A stretch of DNA of 64,000 nucleotides from the human T2T-CHM13v2.0 reference genome, Homo sapiens, in assembly GCF_009914755.1 (NCBI RefSeq), contig NC_060930.1. One strand, 5' to 3'. A program made the translations under genes and the position numbers. Positions 1-13,400 of the stretch are shown here, one piece after another (the first letter of the stretch is position 1; each line of letters starts with the position of its first letter). Under the pieces are notes generated by a model that searched no databases, was not told the origin of the DNA, and saw only the letters and a list, made by a program, of their open reading frames with translations.

Positions 1-496
1 ACTTTTATACCCTTTAACCAACATCTCATTTTCCTCACTCCAACCCCTGAACCATGACTGGACCCCTAGTAACCATCATTCTACTCTCTGCTTCTATTCA
101 TTATTATTTTCTTTTTTAGATTCAACATTTAAGTGAGATCATGCAATGTTTTTCTTTTTGTCTGACTTATTTTACTTAGCATAATGACCCCCCAACCAGG
201 TTTATCCGTATTGTCATAAATGGTAGGATTTCCTTCTTTTTAAGGCTGATTAACACTTTGTTTTCTATATGTCTATATGTTCATCTATGATGCACACAGC
301 TTATTTCCTTATCTTGGCTATTGTGAATAATACTGCAATGAACATGAGGATACAGATAACTCTTCAAGATATTGGTTTCTTTTCCTTTGAATATATACCC
401 AGAAGAAGGATTGCTGGATCAATGGTAGTTCTATTTTTAATTTTTTGAGGAACCTCCAAACAGTTTTCCCTATGGCTATACCAATTAACATTCCCA
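1..496 (-). mobile_element. Old L1 (L1MA/L1MB-type) 3' region, non-inverted part, running off the window edge
   Basis: Antisense L1 3' motifs such as ggattgctggatcaatggtagttctatttttaattttttgaggaacctcca and aaccatcattctactctctgcttct. Confidence 0.85.
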
Positions 497-1320
497 GAGT
501 AGAGAGCCCAGAAATAAATCTATACATATATGGCCAGCTAATTTTCAACCAGGGCACCAAGAAAAAGATCGTTGCAACAATCTTTGGAAAATCCAATCTG
601 CCACATATTTCAAGGGAGAAGACAGTTTTAAGAAGAGAGATAAAGTCATAAGTGTTTATTACCACAGACAGCCTAGGTTACATGAACATTGAAGAAAAAG
701 ATAAGTCTTTCAATAAAGAGTGTTGGGAAAACCGGATATCCACATGCAGGAAATGAAATTAGACATGTATCTTATGATATACACAATAATCAATTCGAAA
801 TGGGTTAAAGACTTAAATATAAGACCTGAAATCTTAACACTCCTAGAAGAAAATGTAGGGAAAATTTCCATGATATTGGTCTTGGCAGTGACCAAACAAA
901 AGCAACAAAAACAAAAATAAATAAGTAGGGCTACACCAAAATGAAGTTTCTACACAGCAAAGGAAAGTATCAATAATGAAATGGCAAACTACCGACTGGG
1001 ATGAAGTATTTGCAAACTCTATATCTGATAGGGGTTTAATATTTAAAATATATGAGGAATTTATACAACACAGTAGCAAAAAAATAAATAATAGCCTAAT
1101 TTAAAAATTGGCAAAGGACCTGAACAGACCTTTCTCCAAAGAAGACGTACCTACCAATGGTCAATAGGTATGTGAAAAAGTGTTCAAGGTCATTCATCAC
1201 CAGTAAAATGCAAATTAAAAGCACAATGAGTTATGAGCTAATATCTGTTAATGTGGTTATTACCAAAAAGAGAAAAAATAACAAGTGTTGGAGGGTATAT
1301 TGAGGAATGAGAACCCTTAT
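495..1320 (+). mobile_element. Inverted 5' segment of the same L1 (ORF2 C-terminal region), interrupted at 570-691
   Basis: Sense ORF2 remnants RVESPEINLYIYGQLIFNQG and INSKWVKDLNIRPEILTLLEENVGK. It ends about 10 nt before the L1 position where the minus segment begins. Confidence 0.85.
571..700 (-). repeat. Inverted duplicate of 1479-1609
   Basis: Manual alignment to the reverse complement of 1479-1609 gives about 13 differences in 131 nt. AAGAAAAAGAT occurs at 559-569 and 692-702. Confidence 0.95.
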
Positions 1321-1575
1321 TGTAAAGACTGTTGACTTATTCACAATATGATTTTTTTGCCTTCTTACCTCTTAAGATTTTTACTTGTATTATTTTTATT
1401 TACATATGCATACTCGTTTAACAAGACAAATTGCTCAAGCCAAAAGTGCCAATAAATCCTTAATAGCAAACTACTGGCCTTTATCTTCAATGTTCATGTA
1501 ACCTAGACTCTTTGTAGTAATAAACACTTATGACCTTTATCTTTCTCCTTAATACTGTCTTCTCCCTTGGAATAT

Positions 1576-1745
1576 GTAGCTGATTGTATTTTCCAAAGAT
1601 TGTTGCAACAGTAACTCCCATCTCACTTGCCATTCTTATAATATGACTTTATATTTCTTCTACGGAAAGGTGTAGTCTATGTCCCTACTTGTGAAATGCA
1701 GAGAGCTACTGTACTTTTCCAGTGGAAGAAAATCTTTGTGATTTT
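1576..1745 (+). mobile_element. MLT1 (ERVL-MaLR) LTR 5' fragment
   Basis: Starts TGtagctgattgtattttccaaagat and continues with aaggtgtagtctatgtccc, resembling the 5' end of old MLT1 LTRs. Confidence 0.65.
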
Positions 1746-1749
1746 AAAT

Positions 1750-2985
1750 GAGGAAAACATTTTTTGATAAGACACTAAAAACATGATCCACACTTAAAAA
1801 ATGATAAAACTGACTTTACTGATACTAAAACTTCTGTTCTTCAAAAGAAACTATTAAGAGAATGAAAATAAAATCCACAGGATAGGAGAAAATATTTTCC
1901 AATCATGTATCTGGTAAGTTACTTGTATCCAGAATAAGTAAAGAACCCTCAAAAGTTAAGAATTAAAGAAAAAATAAAACAGAGATAAATGATTTAAACA
2001 GACCTTTTGCCAAAGAAGATAGACAGATCGAAAATAAGTACCTGAATTAGTCATTAAGAAAGTGCAGTTAAAATCACAATGAGGTACCAATGTACATGGC
2101 TAAAATATTTTTTGAAGTAGCACACCAAGTGTTGATAAGGATATAGAAGAACAAGCATACTGATATGGTTTGTCTGTGTCCCCACCCAAATCTCATCTTG
2201 AATTATAGCTCCCATAATTCCCACATGTTCTGGGAGCGACTCGGTGGGAGATAATTGAATCATGGCAGTGGGTCTTTCCCATGCCATTCTCATGATAGTG
2301 AGTAAGTCTCACGAGATCTGATGGTTTTATAAAGGGGAGTTTCCCTGAACTAGCTCTCTTCTCTTCTCTGCTGCCATGTGAGATGTACCTTTCACCTTCC
2401 ACCATGATTATGAGGCCTCCCCAGCCATGTAGAACTGTGAGTCCATTAAACCTCTTTCTTGTATAAATTGCCCAGTCTCAGGCATGTCTTTATCAGGAGC
2501 CTGGAAATGGACTAATACACATACACTCTGGTGAGATTATAAAATATTACAACCATTTTGGAAAGCAATTCATTTCTTTAAAAGTTAAATATGCACTTAT
2601 GTTATAACACATATCTTGGATGTTCTACTCCTAGGTATTTGCCCAAGAGAAAATAAAAGTGTATGACAATATAATAAATTGTACATGAATGTTCATAACA
2701 GTTTATTTGTAATAGCCAAATATGAAAAATGACCAAATGTTCATCAACAAATGAACAGATAAATTGTGATGTATCCATACCATTCAATGATATTCAGCAA
2801 TGTAAAGAAAGAACTACTGATATATACAACATGGATAAATCCCAAAATAATCACCATCATCCTAATCATCATCTTGATTATGGTGATGATTTCATACTTG
2901 TATGCATAAGCCCAAACTTAAATGGTATACTTTAAATATAAGAAATATTATATGTTAATTATACCTCAGTAAATTCTTTGTAAAA
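1750..2985 (+). mobile_element. Old L1 (L1MC/MD/ME-type) 3' part, interrupted by a THE1 LTR
   Basis: Sense L1 motifs aaacttctgttcttcaaaagaaactattaagagaatgaaaa, ccaaatgttcatcaacaaatgaacagataaa and terminal aattatacctcagtaaa. Confidence 0.8.
2161..2519 (+). mobile_element. THE1 solo LTR (THE1B/C-like), full length
   Basis: TGATATGGTTTG...GGACTAATACA termini, 359 bp long, with a perfect 5-bp TSD CATAC at 2156-2160 and 2520-2524. Confidence 0.95.
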
Positions 2986-3019
2986 TGTAAAACAGCTTCC
3001 AGGAGAATCTCATTCTCTT

Positions 3020-3204
3020 ATGCCACTTAACCAGGACTTTTCAGCAAATCATTGAATCTATGTGTCCCTGTTTTCTTGAATAATTTGGATAAAGAATAGT
3101 ATCAACTACATAGCTTGTTAATCTTGCTTTAGTATTAAATGAGTTAATCTCTGTAAACCCCTTAGAGGTGCCTGAAATACGATCTAAGAATTAGTTATTA
3201 GCTA
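3020..3204 (+). mobile_element. MIR SINE remnant
   Basis: Core motif attaaatgagttaatctctgtaaaccccttagaggtgcctg. Confidence 0.7.
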
Positions 3205-4470
3205 CGCTTAATATATAGGAAGAGGCAGCAGGTTCCTCACTGGTCTTATAGACCACATATTTCCCTGATGTGATGGAAGTCTATTTCTTCTTTCAGTGTC
3301 ACGAAACCACGGAAATAGGTCGTTCGGGGCTACAAAATCTTTGTATTTGGCACAGCTACATGTTGGCAATCTAACAATTTATTTTAAAAATTATTTAAAA
3401 TAAAATACTTAAAATTAAGTATTACTTAAGTTTTACTTCAAGAAAATGGAATGTCAAAGACAGATTTTTCTAACACTTCCAAAGACATTTTCCATATTTG
3501 CTCATTTCCTTTTGGTCTGGGTTCTATGTCACTATAGTGCTCTTTAGCTCAGCAGAATATCTCCTCTATATCTCCATGAATAACTAAAAAAATAGATCCA
3601 GCAGGTTTTCAATTGCTAGTCACTACTCAGAAATTTTGTTGTTTTTAAAAATCTTTCATTCTGGAATTCCTTTCACTCCTTCCATCTCCTAAGTACCATA
3701 AACTGAGTTTTTAAACATAGCTTTTCATGGAATGAGTACTTCTTACAAAATAGAAAATACCACCGAAGAGCTGGAGACATGTTTCACCCCAACCCCAGAT
3801 TGCTGGAAATAACTAGGATTCTTCCATACTATATACGACACTTTGTTAACAATATCTCTGGGCTGAGATGCCATATCTGAGAGACCAAACTAAGTATACT
3901 TGGTTTTTTATTTAGTGGAACTGAAAGCAGCTGCATTTCTGTTTGAATTGCTCCCTGAGCTCTCCTGCAAATATATAAAGGGATGTTATAAATAAGTTAG
4001 AAGTTGATGATTCTCATTTGTCAGTGAGGGCAGCCTAAGTAAAAGCTACAGCAGGGAAAAACAGAAGCAAAATATTAGGAAATCCTTCATAAGTGTAGGG
4101 TGAGTTAATCATTCAGAAGCTATTCTCAGAGAACCTGAGGAAATATTTAAGGCTAGGGACAATATCTTTTCTCTGGAAAAGATAGCAAGAAGGAGATATG
4201 TCTTTTCCAAGATTAAATACAGGATTTTGTAACTTGATTCTCTGATATTACCAAATTAATTTGAACACTGACACTTCAAGACTAAAGGTATGTGCATCTC
4301 TAAGTATGCATGTGTGTGCCCGTGTGCTGATGTGGGGTGTGTATAAGAGGGGTAAAGAATATGCATAGCAGGGTTTTAAATCACCCAGCCCCTTGCTTTC
4401 TTGTTCTCACGGGACATGGCTGTATCTGCAGTTCCAGCAGAACTAGCTACTTTCTGTTTTCTGAATATGA

Positions 4471-4824
<354 letters not shown>

Positions 4825-4894
4825 CATATTTTTTCTTTTTGAATTTCCATTATTTATTTATTAGTTCCATTGCTGCATTGGCTGAGATAACTTC

Positions 4895-5150
4895 TTCAAC
4901 CTCCCTAGGCTGATGTGAGAAGTCTCTCCTCTGTGTTCCCATGGCACTTTGTGCATACTTCTGTTGTGGCTAGCCACTCAGTTCTATCAACATCAGTGTG
5001 GTTGGCTCTCTCCAGATGGAATCTTTCCAAGACTGGGGTCATATTTTAATTTTCTTTGTATCATTGGTGCTAAGACTGTATTTGGCTTTGTAGTTGGTGT
5101 TTTTCATAGGCTTGTGGAATGAAGGACTGAATAAATAAATGAAGAAATGA
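4895..5150 (+). mobile_element. L2 3' end remnant
   Basis: ctcctctgtgttcccatggcactttgtgcatac and a tgaa-type tail. Confidence 0.65.
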
Positions 5151-5794
5151 AACCCTGGGGCTTCAAGAGGCAGTAAACAGGTGCAGTACTTCAGGGGACT
5201 TTATTGTGTTGGTGCTGGCACTGGTGACACAGACACTGGTTTACTGTGCTGGTCTCTAGCAGCTACTGCTCCCCTTGCTGCCAGGTCTTTTCACGTCCCT
5301 GGGCCTATCCTGAATTGCTGGGGAGTCTGGCAGGGTGATCAGTTGAATGTACTTAAAAAAGTGCAAGATGCTAGAAAGAATTAGCATCGGGGACAGAGCT
5401 GAAATAACATGATCAAAATAAGATGAATAAAGAGACATTAAATTTAGGTAGATGAAATGAGGCAATAAAAAAGTCAAGGGGAAAAATATGAGAAAGATTT
5501 CAAAGGAAAGAGCTGTGCAATAAAGACAAATATTTCAAAATTCTGCAACAACCCAAGAGATCAAATATGTAATGTAAATTGCCAAGTGCAATTATTTTTA
5601 AGGAAAATGAATTACTGGAATAATTCCTTGAGGAAATTTACAATATAGAGAATTTTTCTGTCAACTAAAAAAATAAAGTCCTCTTTCATGCTATGATATT
5701 TGAGAAAATAGCTCAAGTTATTTTGAAAAGTTTCTCTAGAAATATGTGGTCATAATGGAATCATTCTCACTTTGTGCATATGAGCACATGTTCC

Positions 5795-6311
5795 TATCAT
5801 ATGTTGCTGTATAGCAAGCTATCCCCAAATTCCAAAATTTAGTGATTTACAATAACAACAATCATTTTACTGTTATCTCTTATGGAGGTTGACTGGGTTC
5901 AGCTTGGGAGTTCTCACTTGAGTCCTTCATGTAGTTGCTATCAGAGGACGGTTTGGCCTGCAGTCTTCTAAGGCACACTCACTCACATGTCTGGTAACTG
6001 GGCTCATAAGATGCAAATAGCCAGGGGCTGAAACAATCCAGTATCTCCTTCCATCTCTTTACAGTATCTCCATGTGGTTTCTCCAACATGGTAGCTTCAG
6101 ATAGTATTCTTGCATGGTAGCTCAGAGCTACGAAGATGTATATTTCAAAAAAAAAAAATGGTGGAAATGTATTTCCTGCTTGGCTTCAGTAATCATGCAG
6201 TATTATTTCCACCACGTGTATTCCTTGAGAACAGTTACAAAGACTCTCAGGTTCAAGAGGAGGTGACATATACTCCACCTCTCAATGGGTGGACCTTTTA
6301 AAACCATCATA
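5795..6311 (-). mobile_element. MLT1 (ERVL-MaLR) LTR
   Basis: Antisense MLT1 motifs ccaaaatttagtgatttacaataacaac, cactcactcacatgtctggta and actccacctctcaatggg. Confidence 0.75.
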
Positions 6312-6331
6312 TACATTTTCTAACACAGAGC

Positions 6332-6374
6332 AACACGTGCACACACGCGCGCGCACATACACACATGCACACAC
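6332..6374. repeat. Mixed (CA)/(CG) alternating purine-pyrimidine tract
   Basis: acacgtgcacacacgcgcgcgcacatacacacatgcacac. Confidence 0.85.
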
Positions 6375-6939
6375 TTCCTTACAAGCTTTCAGTTACTTGG
6401 GTGTCAGGAATTTTCAGCATGATTCAGACATGCTTTTAGAACTGCTCATGTCTTGCTAATATGCATGACCTCCATAGACATGTAAATGGAACTTTATTGA
6501 GTGAAAATGGCAATAAGTTAGAATGAGATAACTTCTTCATTGCCTATTTTTAGAGAGACTAATTCCTAGAGAGATTTTACAAAATGCATATGATTGCAGT
6601 GGGATTGCGATGCCCATTCTGACACTCTGTAACAGGCAAAGGTTGCTTGGGAAACAGAAACTGCCAACTGTTTTGCATCCAGGGGCTTGTTTGATGGAAT
6701 AACTGATTTTTCTTGGTCCCTCTTCTCTATTTACTCGTTGCAATATCTCTGGCCAGATTCCCACATGTAGACTTTCTATTTATGCCTTATTTTCCACTCT
6801 CTTCAGAAAAATGACTGAAACTACTATCACTCCACTGCAAATCAAAACAAAACCATGAAAGCCAAAGCAGTCACCAAGATTATTCAAAACGTATTTTAAA
6901 ATAATTACCACCATTGATACCATTACAAATGTCTGATGC

Positions 6940-7132
6940 CAGTGTTCTTAATCTTTTGTTTTCTATTATTGTCCCGTGAGAATTTCCTTTCCCATGATAG
7001 TTGAAACCACAGATATATTATATGCTATATGTATATCTGTGCTTTATACATATAAAATAAGATATTTTAACCCCCTCAAGAGCCAATTTTTCCTCCTTGG
7101 GATGATATAACATCTATGGAAAATATATGACC
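6940..7132 (-). mobile_element. MER96B-like hAT MITE
   Basis: cagtgttcttaatc terminus and ccccctcaagagccaatttttcctccttggg. Reverse-strand relative of 57250-57471. Confidence 0.55.
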
Positions 7133-7936
7133 TATAGGTATTGATTTAAACCAATGATTTAATTAATTAGAACAACAAATGGGAGATACTGCCATCTCAG
7201 AGATTCACATCTAAATTTTGACATTTTCTAAGTGTTTGTAACACACACACACATATATAATTGTGTTCATATATCTAAATATCTGTACATAACACATAGG
7301 AAACTCCATAAATCCTTATGTAAAGAGATATTTCCACCACCACTAACAGCAACAACAACAAAAAACAAAGAGGAAAAAATAGTTATTTCACATATTTCAG
7401 ATACTGAAATATATCTGTAAAGGCCAGAATCGTTGTTCAGAAAGAAGACTTTGGGAAACAAGGGAAATAAAAGCCATTGTTTGGCTTTTAGAAATACACA
7501 AACTTTGTTAAACTCCCTTCTTAATTTGAATAGGGATCTGTGAGAATAGCAAATTTCAAAAAGGAGATATTGTAAGTGTCACAATTGTGTACATGCCTTG
7601 TACATGGAAGCGCTGCATTTACTGCCATGCTTCAGAATCAACCATGCAATGGTCAGGTGGCCCCTTTTTCTGGGTCAGAAAGTCAGGGAATTTCAAAGTT
7701 TAAAAGTTGATGACAGTACTATAAGCAGTGAAAGACAGTTTAATCTGTAATGCCCCTCACAGGCAGGCAACATGGGCTTGATATGTTATTGTCAAGCCAC
7801 ATGTGCAGTGTTTTCTGTTCCATAACTAGGTTCAGTTGTGTGCTTTTATAGATCCTCAGTGTACAAATGTATGCATGTTAAATCTTAGGTAGTACTAAGT
7901 GCTTTTAGAGAGCTCTATTTAAAATTATAAAGCTTT

Positions 7937-8111
<175 letters not shown>

Positions 8112-8264
8112 TAAAATTATAAAGTTTGAGTGAACCACCATATAGAGAAAGATTTATGTTTAGATTAAAATGAGGATGAAATAAACTGACTAGATCTCCA
8201 GCCTCTATGGCCACCAACAAGGATCATTGGTCTACTTGGTGGAAACCCTGAATCAGCTTCCCAG

Positions 8265-8535
8265 ATTTGGCTTCACAGTCACCTCTCTTAAGAGGTCTCT
8301 CCAGACTGCTTCTTCCCCCACAGTCAACCACTTCCTCCTCTGTGTCTCCAAAGCACTAATATACCCCAAGCACACTATAGGAACCATCTTCCTTGTGAAC
8401 TGGCCTGCTTGGCTCCCCCCGACACATCCATGAAGTTGTGATCCTCTAAACAGTCAGGGCATCTAGCTGTCTTTGTATCCCTAGTTGGGAAACACAGTAT
8501 GTGCACGTGTAAACTATGTTTTGAAGAAAGGAAGG
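8265..8535 (+). mobile_element. L2 3' remnant
   Basis: gtcacctctcttaagaggtctctcc, cctcctctgtgtctccaaagcact and ctttgtatccctag. Confidence 0.6.
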
Positions 8536-10404
8536 CAAACTGGCAGGTTATGGTAAGTTAGTTTAATCGACTTTGGAGAAAACCTGGTATGGCCTCAATA
8601 TCAGCCCTCGCCATTCTGACCATTCACTCTCAGAAGACACAGGCACTGAAATTAGGCGGTGGAAGCACTGAATTGGACTGGGCCACTTTTTCCACTTGCT
8701 TGTTAGAAAAAGGGCATAATTGTATTCCATAACTTCACTCTTCCCCTCTTTCTCATGAAGAAAACTCTAGAGAAAAGAAAGCTAATGCTGTGTCTTTCAA
8801 ACGGGGGAGAATTTGTATTTAGTTGAATCTCATTGGTATTTTTATGGTGGCATTGCTGCCCTTGGAGGGGCAGTCCTCCCCAGCTACAGGATAGAACTTG
8901 TCTCATTTTCTGTCACCAGCCCCTATGACTTCATATAGAATTCCAGAATTCTGATAAACTGTCATGTGGAAAAATGATAAAGTGATTTATGCTCAATTTT
9001 TCTGGAAGGGAGAAATGCAAGGGCTGTCAGTCTGGGTCTTGAGAACAAATGAGTTACAGTTCATGAGGCAGCTCAATAAGGCTATCATTTCCCATCAGCT
9101 CCTATCACTGACAGCCAAGATTTACTAGCTGGGGAATGGGAAGGGGGCTGAGATTTGGTGCCAGGTGAATCGGCACTATTATTCTATCAACCAGGCTCAT
9201 ATAGACAAGAGGCTACCATGAATATTTGATGGAAGTGTCTTCCCAGAAATGTTGTGAAACAGCATTAGTTTTCTTCCATTCGCCAGGAGCCTCTCCTTTC
9301 TATCCACGTGCACCTCTTTGAAAAATGACCACTTGTAAACCACAAAAGCATTTGGGATTGTTTGTTTTTGCTGCTCCGGCTGGTGGTATATTCCTCTTGG
9401 CAGTCTGTGCATGCAGTGCACTAATTCACTGTCCTCCATTCTCATAGGATAAAGCGAAAAAAATCCCTCATCTACTGAGATGCTATAGACATTACATCTG
9501 TCATTATCCATCTGATGCAGTGGCAGTGAGCGTATAGCCTTCCAGCCCCCTATGTGCTCAGAGAAAACAGACTTTGATCTATGGCATTTGCTGTGTTCTC
9601 CAGGAAAACAAAAGGTGGAGAGGTGGGTTTGGACTCAGCATAGGCCTAGCAATTGCTCTTGCTGATTTACTCTGAAGTAGAAAAACATAACTGTAAATTC
9701 TAAAATATTATATGTCTCTTTTATTTGGGACATTTGTTTTCAGTGGGAAGGGGCTTTGCAGGGGACACACATCAGTACATTTCATATGGGTCAGGTTATT
9801 TTTTAAAAAAGACACACTTAACATTTGCTTTTTTGAGCTAGGGAAATGTATTTCTAAAATCTCTTGTGGGAAGTTTAGTATTTAGTATTTATGTTGTATT
9901 CAAAATCATCTGTAGATGATTTCGAATGCACCGTATCTATTTCATCATTTCTCAAGTGTAATCTTTTGTAATCTTTGGAATGTTAGTTCCAAAAGACAAC
10001 AGTAGGTATTTGGTGAACATGTGGGAAATCTGGGCCATTTAATAAGGAAGATATTTTTGAACTGCTAGATATTTTGTTTGTCTTTCTACTGCCACTACAT
10101 AGGCAGATTGCTTCATTGCATTATGAAACTTTCACTTCTCTTAAGAAATTGTCTAAATGTTCAGTCTAGTGAAATATTGAGCAAAAATGTTTCTTTTATA
10201 TGAGTATGATGCCAGTTGCTGGCTACCAGTCTTTCTGGCACTGTGAGATCTTTCCTTAATAGCAGTATAAGTTTTGAGGCTGCCCAAGCCATGCCTTGTA
10301 GGGTCACGTAGTGGGTCAGTGAGATGGCTTATAGAGTTAAGTATGCAAAAGATGGTCAGAGAATTTGAAGCTAAGACAATACAAATTTTGAGTTTTAACT
10401 TATT

Positions 10405-10750
10405 ATTTTACTCATTCAACAAATATTTATTCAGTAAATATTATATGCAGCCATCATTCTTGAATAGAGTTACTTATTAATCAAGAGAACAGAAATAAAA
10501 ATAATTATCATGAAGAGTTTCAGAAAATCACAAATATTTTGAGAGAACTAATCAGAGTGAGCTAAAAGAGAGTGGTTATTGATTTTAGTTTGAAGTCAAA
10601 GACATTTTTCTGAGGCAATGACTTTTAAGCTGAAATCTGGATAACTAGAAGGAATATGGCATGCAAACATCTTGAGAAGGTGCGTTCCCAGACAAGAAAT
10701 AGCTAGAATGTTTGAGAAATCAAGGAAAGTCAGAGGCAAGACTGTAGAGG
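10405..10750 (-). mobile_element. L2 3' remnant
   Basis: tcattcaacaaatatttatt and ctgaggcaatgacttttaagctgaaatctg. Confidence 0.7.
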
Positions 10751-10884
10751 TCTTGGTACATCATTAAGTTGTATGGAGCAGAAGACTTCAAAGCTCTATT
10801 TCTGGCCCCAGGAAGTCAGATACACTCATAAGTTTCCATAAAAAACAAGAAAGGAAAATTACGGTTGATGAGTATTCTCCGCAA

Positions 10885-11125
10885 CCATCATAGCTAATGT
10901 TAAATGTGTGTTTTTTGTTTGCTATAGTTCTAAATGCTGTATATGTATTAAATCTTTCGATTCTCACAACAATCCTATGATGCTGTATTTTTATTAATCC
11001 CTTTACTGTACACCTGCAAACAGAATCACAGAGACTTTAAATGCACTTCCCACAGTCTCACAGCTAGTAAGTGACTGAGCCAGGATTTGACCCCAAGAGG
11101 TTTGGCTCCAGAGCTCGTGTTCGTA
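10885..11125 (-). mobile_element. MIR SINE
   Basis: tctcacaacaatcctatga and cacagctagtaagtgactgagccaggatttgacccca. Confidence 0.85.
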
Positions 11126-12074
11126 TTAGGAGACTTACCACTGAGGAAACAGACTTAGAGGAAGTCTTTGCTGGATAGTTTTTCTGAACTTCATGTGAGT
11201 ATACAACTTATGCCACTGAGATCAAAATAATAACAAAGTGTTATATTTTTCTCAAATGCTTCTTTCTTAGGCTTACCTAATCCTTTATATTAAAAAGTCC
11301 CAAAGCCTAACTAACATTCTATAGTCCAAACAGACACAGTATTATTGGGTTCTTGGAAATCTATTCTTCAGAAATACAAATTCTAAAATAAAAATACTAG
11401 ATTAAATATAAGTAGTTTCTTTATAACGTTTAAATTCAGAATCCCCAATGTCAAGTGCTCTACGGACGAAATATTCACTTTATTACTTTTTAAAGTTAAG
11501 CTAACCCCAATATAGAGAATTAAATGATAGACAGTAAACCAGCAGGTTTTAAGTTTTAATCCACGTATCTTTGTCTTTCTGCTTTATCAGCTAACGTATT
11601 ATCTGCCTTAAAGGCTTCTATTTGGTACACTGATGGAAATGATATGCTGAGTATTGTATGCATTTGTAGTCTGTATACTTTCATTTGATGACAAAATGTT
11701 ATTCATTAAAACTAGCTAAAAAAGACCCTCTGTAGTATCAATTGTTTCTTCTCTTAATATTAGCTCAGATGCCTTTCTCAGCTCCTTCCTCTAAGCATGA
11801 AGTAAGATACACCAGAAATGAGGACTTTTCCAATTAAAGCAGCACTCACAGAATTTATAAATGCTTGTTTTTCTATCATTACAATATCATAAAACACCGT
11901 GTTTTTGATTCATGAACTTAAGAACTGATCTAATTCATAATATCAATAAGTGAGAATAAAAAGAATTTCAAGTTTGTGTTTATTCATATATGAATGCTTT
12001 GAGAACATAGAAACGTATTTGAATAGAACTTTTAATCCCAGAACTGGAATTTAGTGAAATTGAAATTTCTCTTG

Positions 12075-12815
12075 GTGCCTCTCTCCCACAGCCCACTCCA
12101 ATCCTAGAGCAAATCCCCTTGCCTCTGTCCTCAGGGTACACCCGGAATCCCACCACTTTTCTCACCTCCACTGCTGCCAACCTGGTCCAGGCCACCAGGA
12201 TCTCCTGTCTGGCCTCTCACTGGTTCCCAGCTTCTATTCTAATGCAACAGTTCCTTTAAATGCAGGTTCTTTGAAAGTTTAAGCCAGAACATGTCACTGC
12301 TCTGCTAAACACCCTCAATCAAGAGGCTTCCATCTTCTGCTAGTAAAAGTCTGCAATGACTATACGGTTCTCCATGAGCTGGAGCTGCCTCCTCTCCCCA
12401 TCACCTTTATCACCTCTCTTCGCTCTGCTTTTAGCCACCCTGGCTTTCTACACTCCAGGCCCACACTGTCTCAGAGCTTTTTCACTTTTGGTTTCTGTCC
12501 TTCGAATGCCTTTCCTCTGGAACATATGCATGACTCTGAGTCAAATGTCTTTTTTGTGACTCTTACCCTAACTACCTATTTTAAAATTTCAGTCTCTCAC
12601 CCTTGCACTGTCAGTCCAGGTGGCTCTGCTGTATTTTTTTCCATAACACTTAACAACTTAAATCATACTGTATAACTAATGTATTAAGATGACTTACCCT
12701 AGAAAATGAAATCCAAAAGGGCAGGGAATTTTTTTCTTGTTTATAATATATCATCCAGTGGCGCCATGCCTGGCACAGAATAGGTGCTCAAGAAATATTT
12801 GAGGAATTAATGAAT
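12075..12815 (+). mobile_element. L2 (L2a-like) 3' portion
   Basis: ctcacctccactgctgccaacctggtccaggccacc through the terminal gcctggcacagaataggtgctcaagaaatatttg. Confidence 0.85.
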
Positions 12816-13052
12816 CATTGCCTTTTAGTTAAGAACATTTGTCAGTTTGACCAAGTAAATAATTGCAAGTTTTATTTTTGCCAATTATTTGATCACAAGC
12901 CGTTATGTTCTGTGATACTACATTATTTCATTTTATTCTTTCTTTTGCTCTTTTTTTACTTCCCTTCCTTCCTTCCTTTCTCACCTTCTGATTTCCATTC
13001 TTTCTCTTTCTCTCCTGCTTCTCTTTCTTCTGTCTCTGTCTTTTCTACCTAT

Positions 13053-13295
13053 CTCATTCAACAATATGGAACAAGAGTTAGGTTCTGTGAATATGCAAAG
13101 TTGAATCAGAAGCTGTTCCTCCCCATAAAGCTCACAGTCTAATCCTAGAAACTTAGAATAGAAACTGGCCATTCATGAGGTTAAGTGCTATGAGGTAAGG
13201 CATGTGCTTTGTGCATAGAGTTGGAGGTGAGGTTAGGGAAGTAGTCTAGTGGGATGATGCTTGACTTGGGTTTTGAAGAATGAATAATAATTTCC
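13053..13295 (-). mobile_element. L2 remnant preceded by a CT-rich tract (about 12935-13050)
   Basis: tcattcaaca, aagctcacagtcta and gacttgggttttgaagaatgaata. Confidence 0.55.
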
Positions 13296-13335
13296 TCAAC
13301 GCATGGGATACGGTAGCTGAATTGTAGGGAATACG

Positions 13336-13400
13336 TACTGATCTATTGATTTTTTTTTTTTTTTTTTTTCTTAACCCCAGGTAACGGTCTGATGGTAAGT
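13336..13400 (+). other. Candidate 3' splice site with an immediate AG|GT and a 14-nt microexon (13381-13394)
   Basis: TACTGAT branch-like motif, T20 tract, ccccAG|GTAACG, then ATG|GTAAGT. Motif evidence only, no transcript evidence. Confidence 0.4.

Noticed and set aside
3225-3420. Possible hAT-type DNA transposon remnant
   Set aside because: I could not define TIRs, a TSD or a family with confidence.
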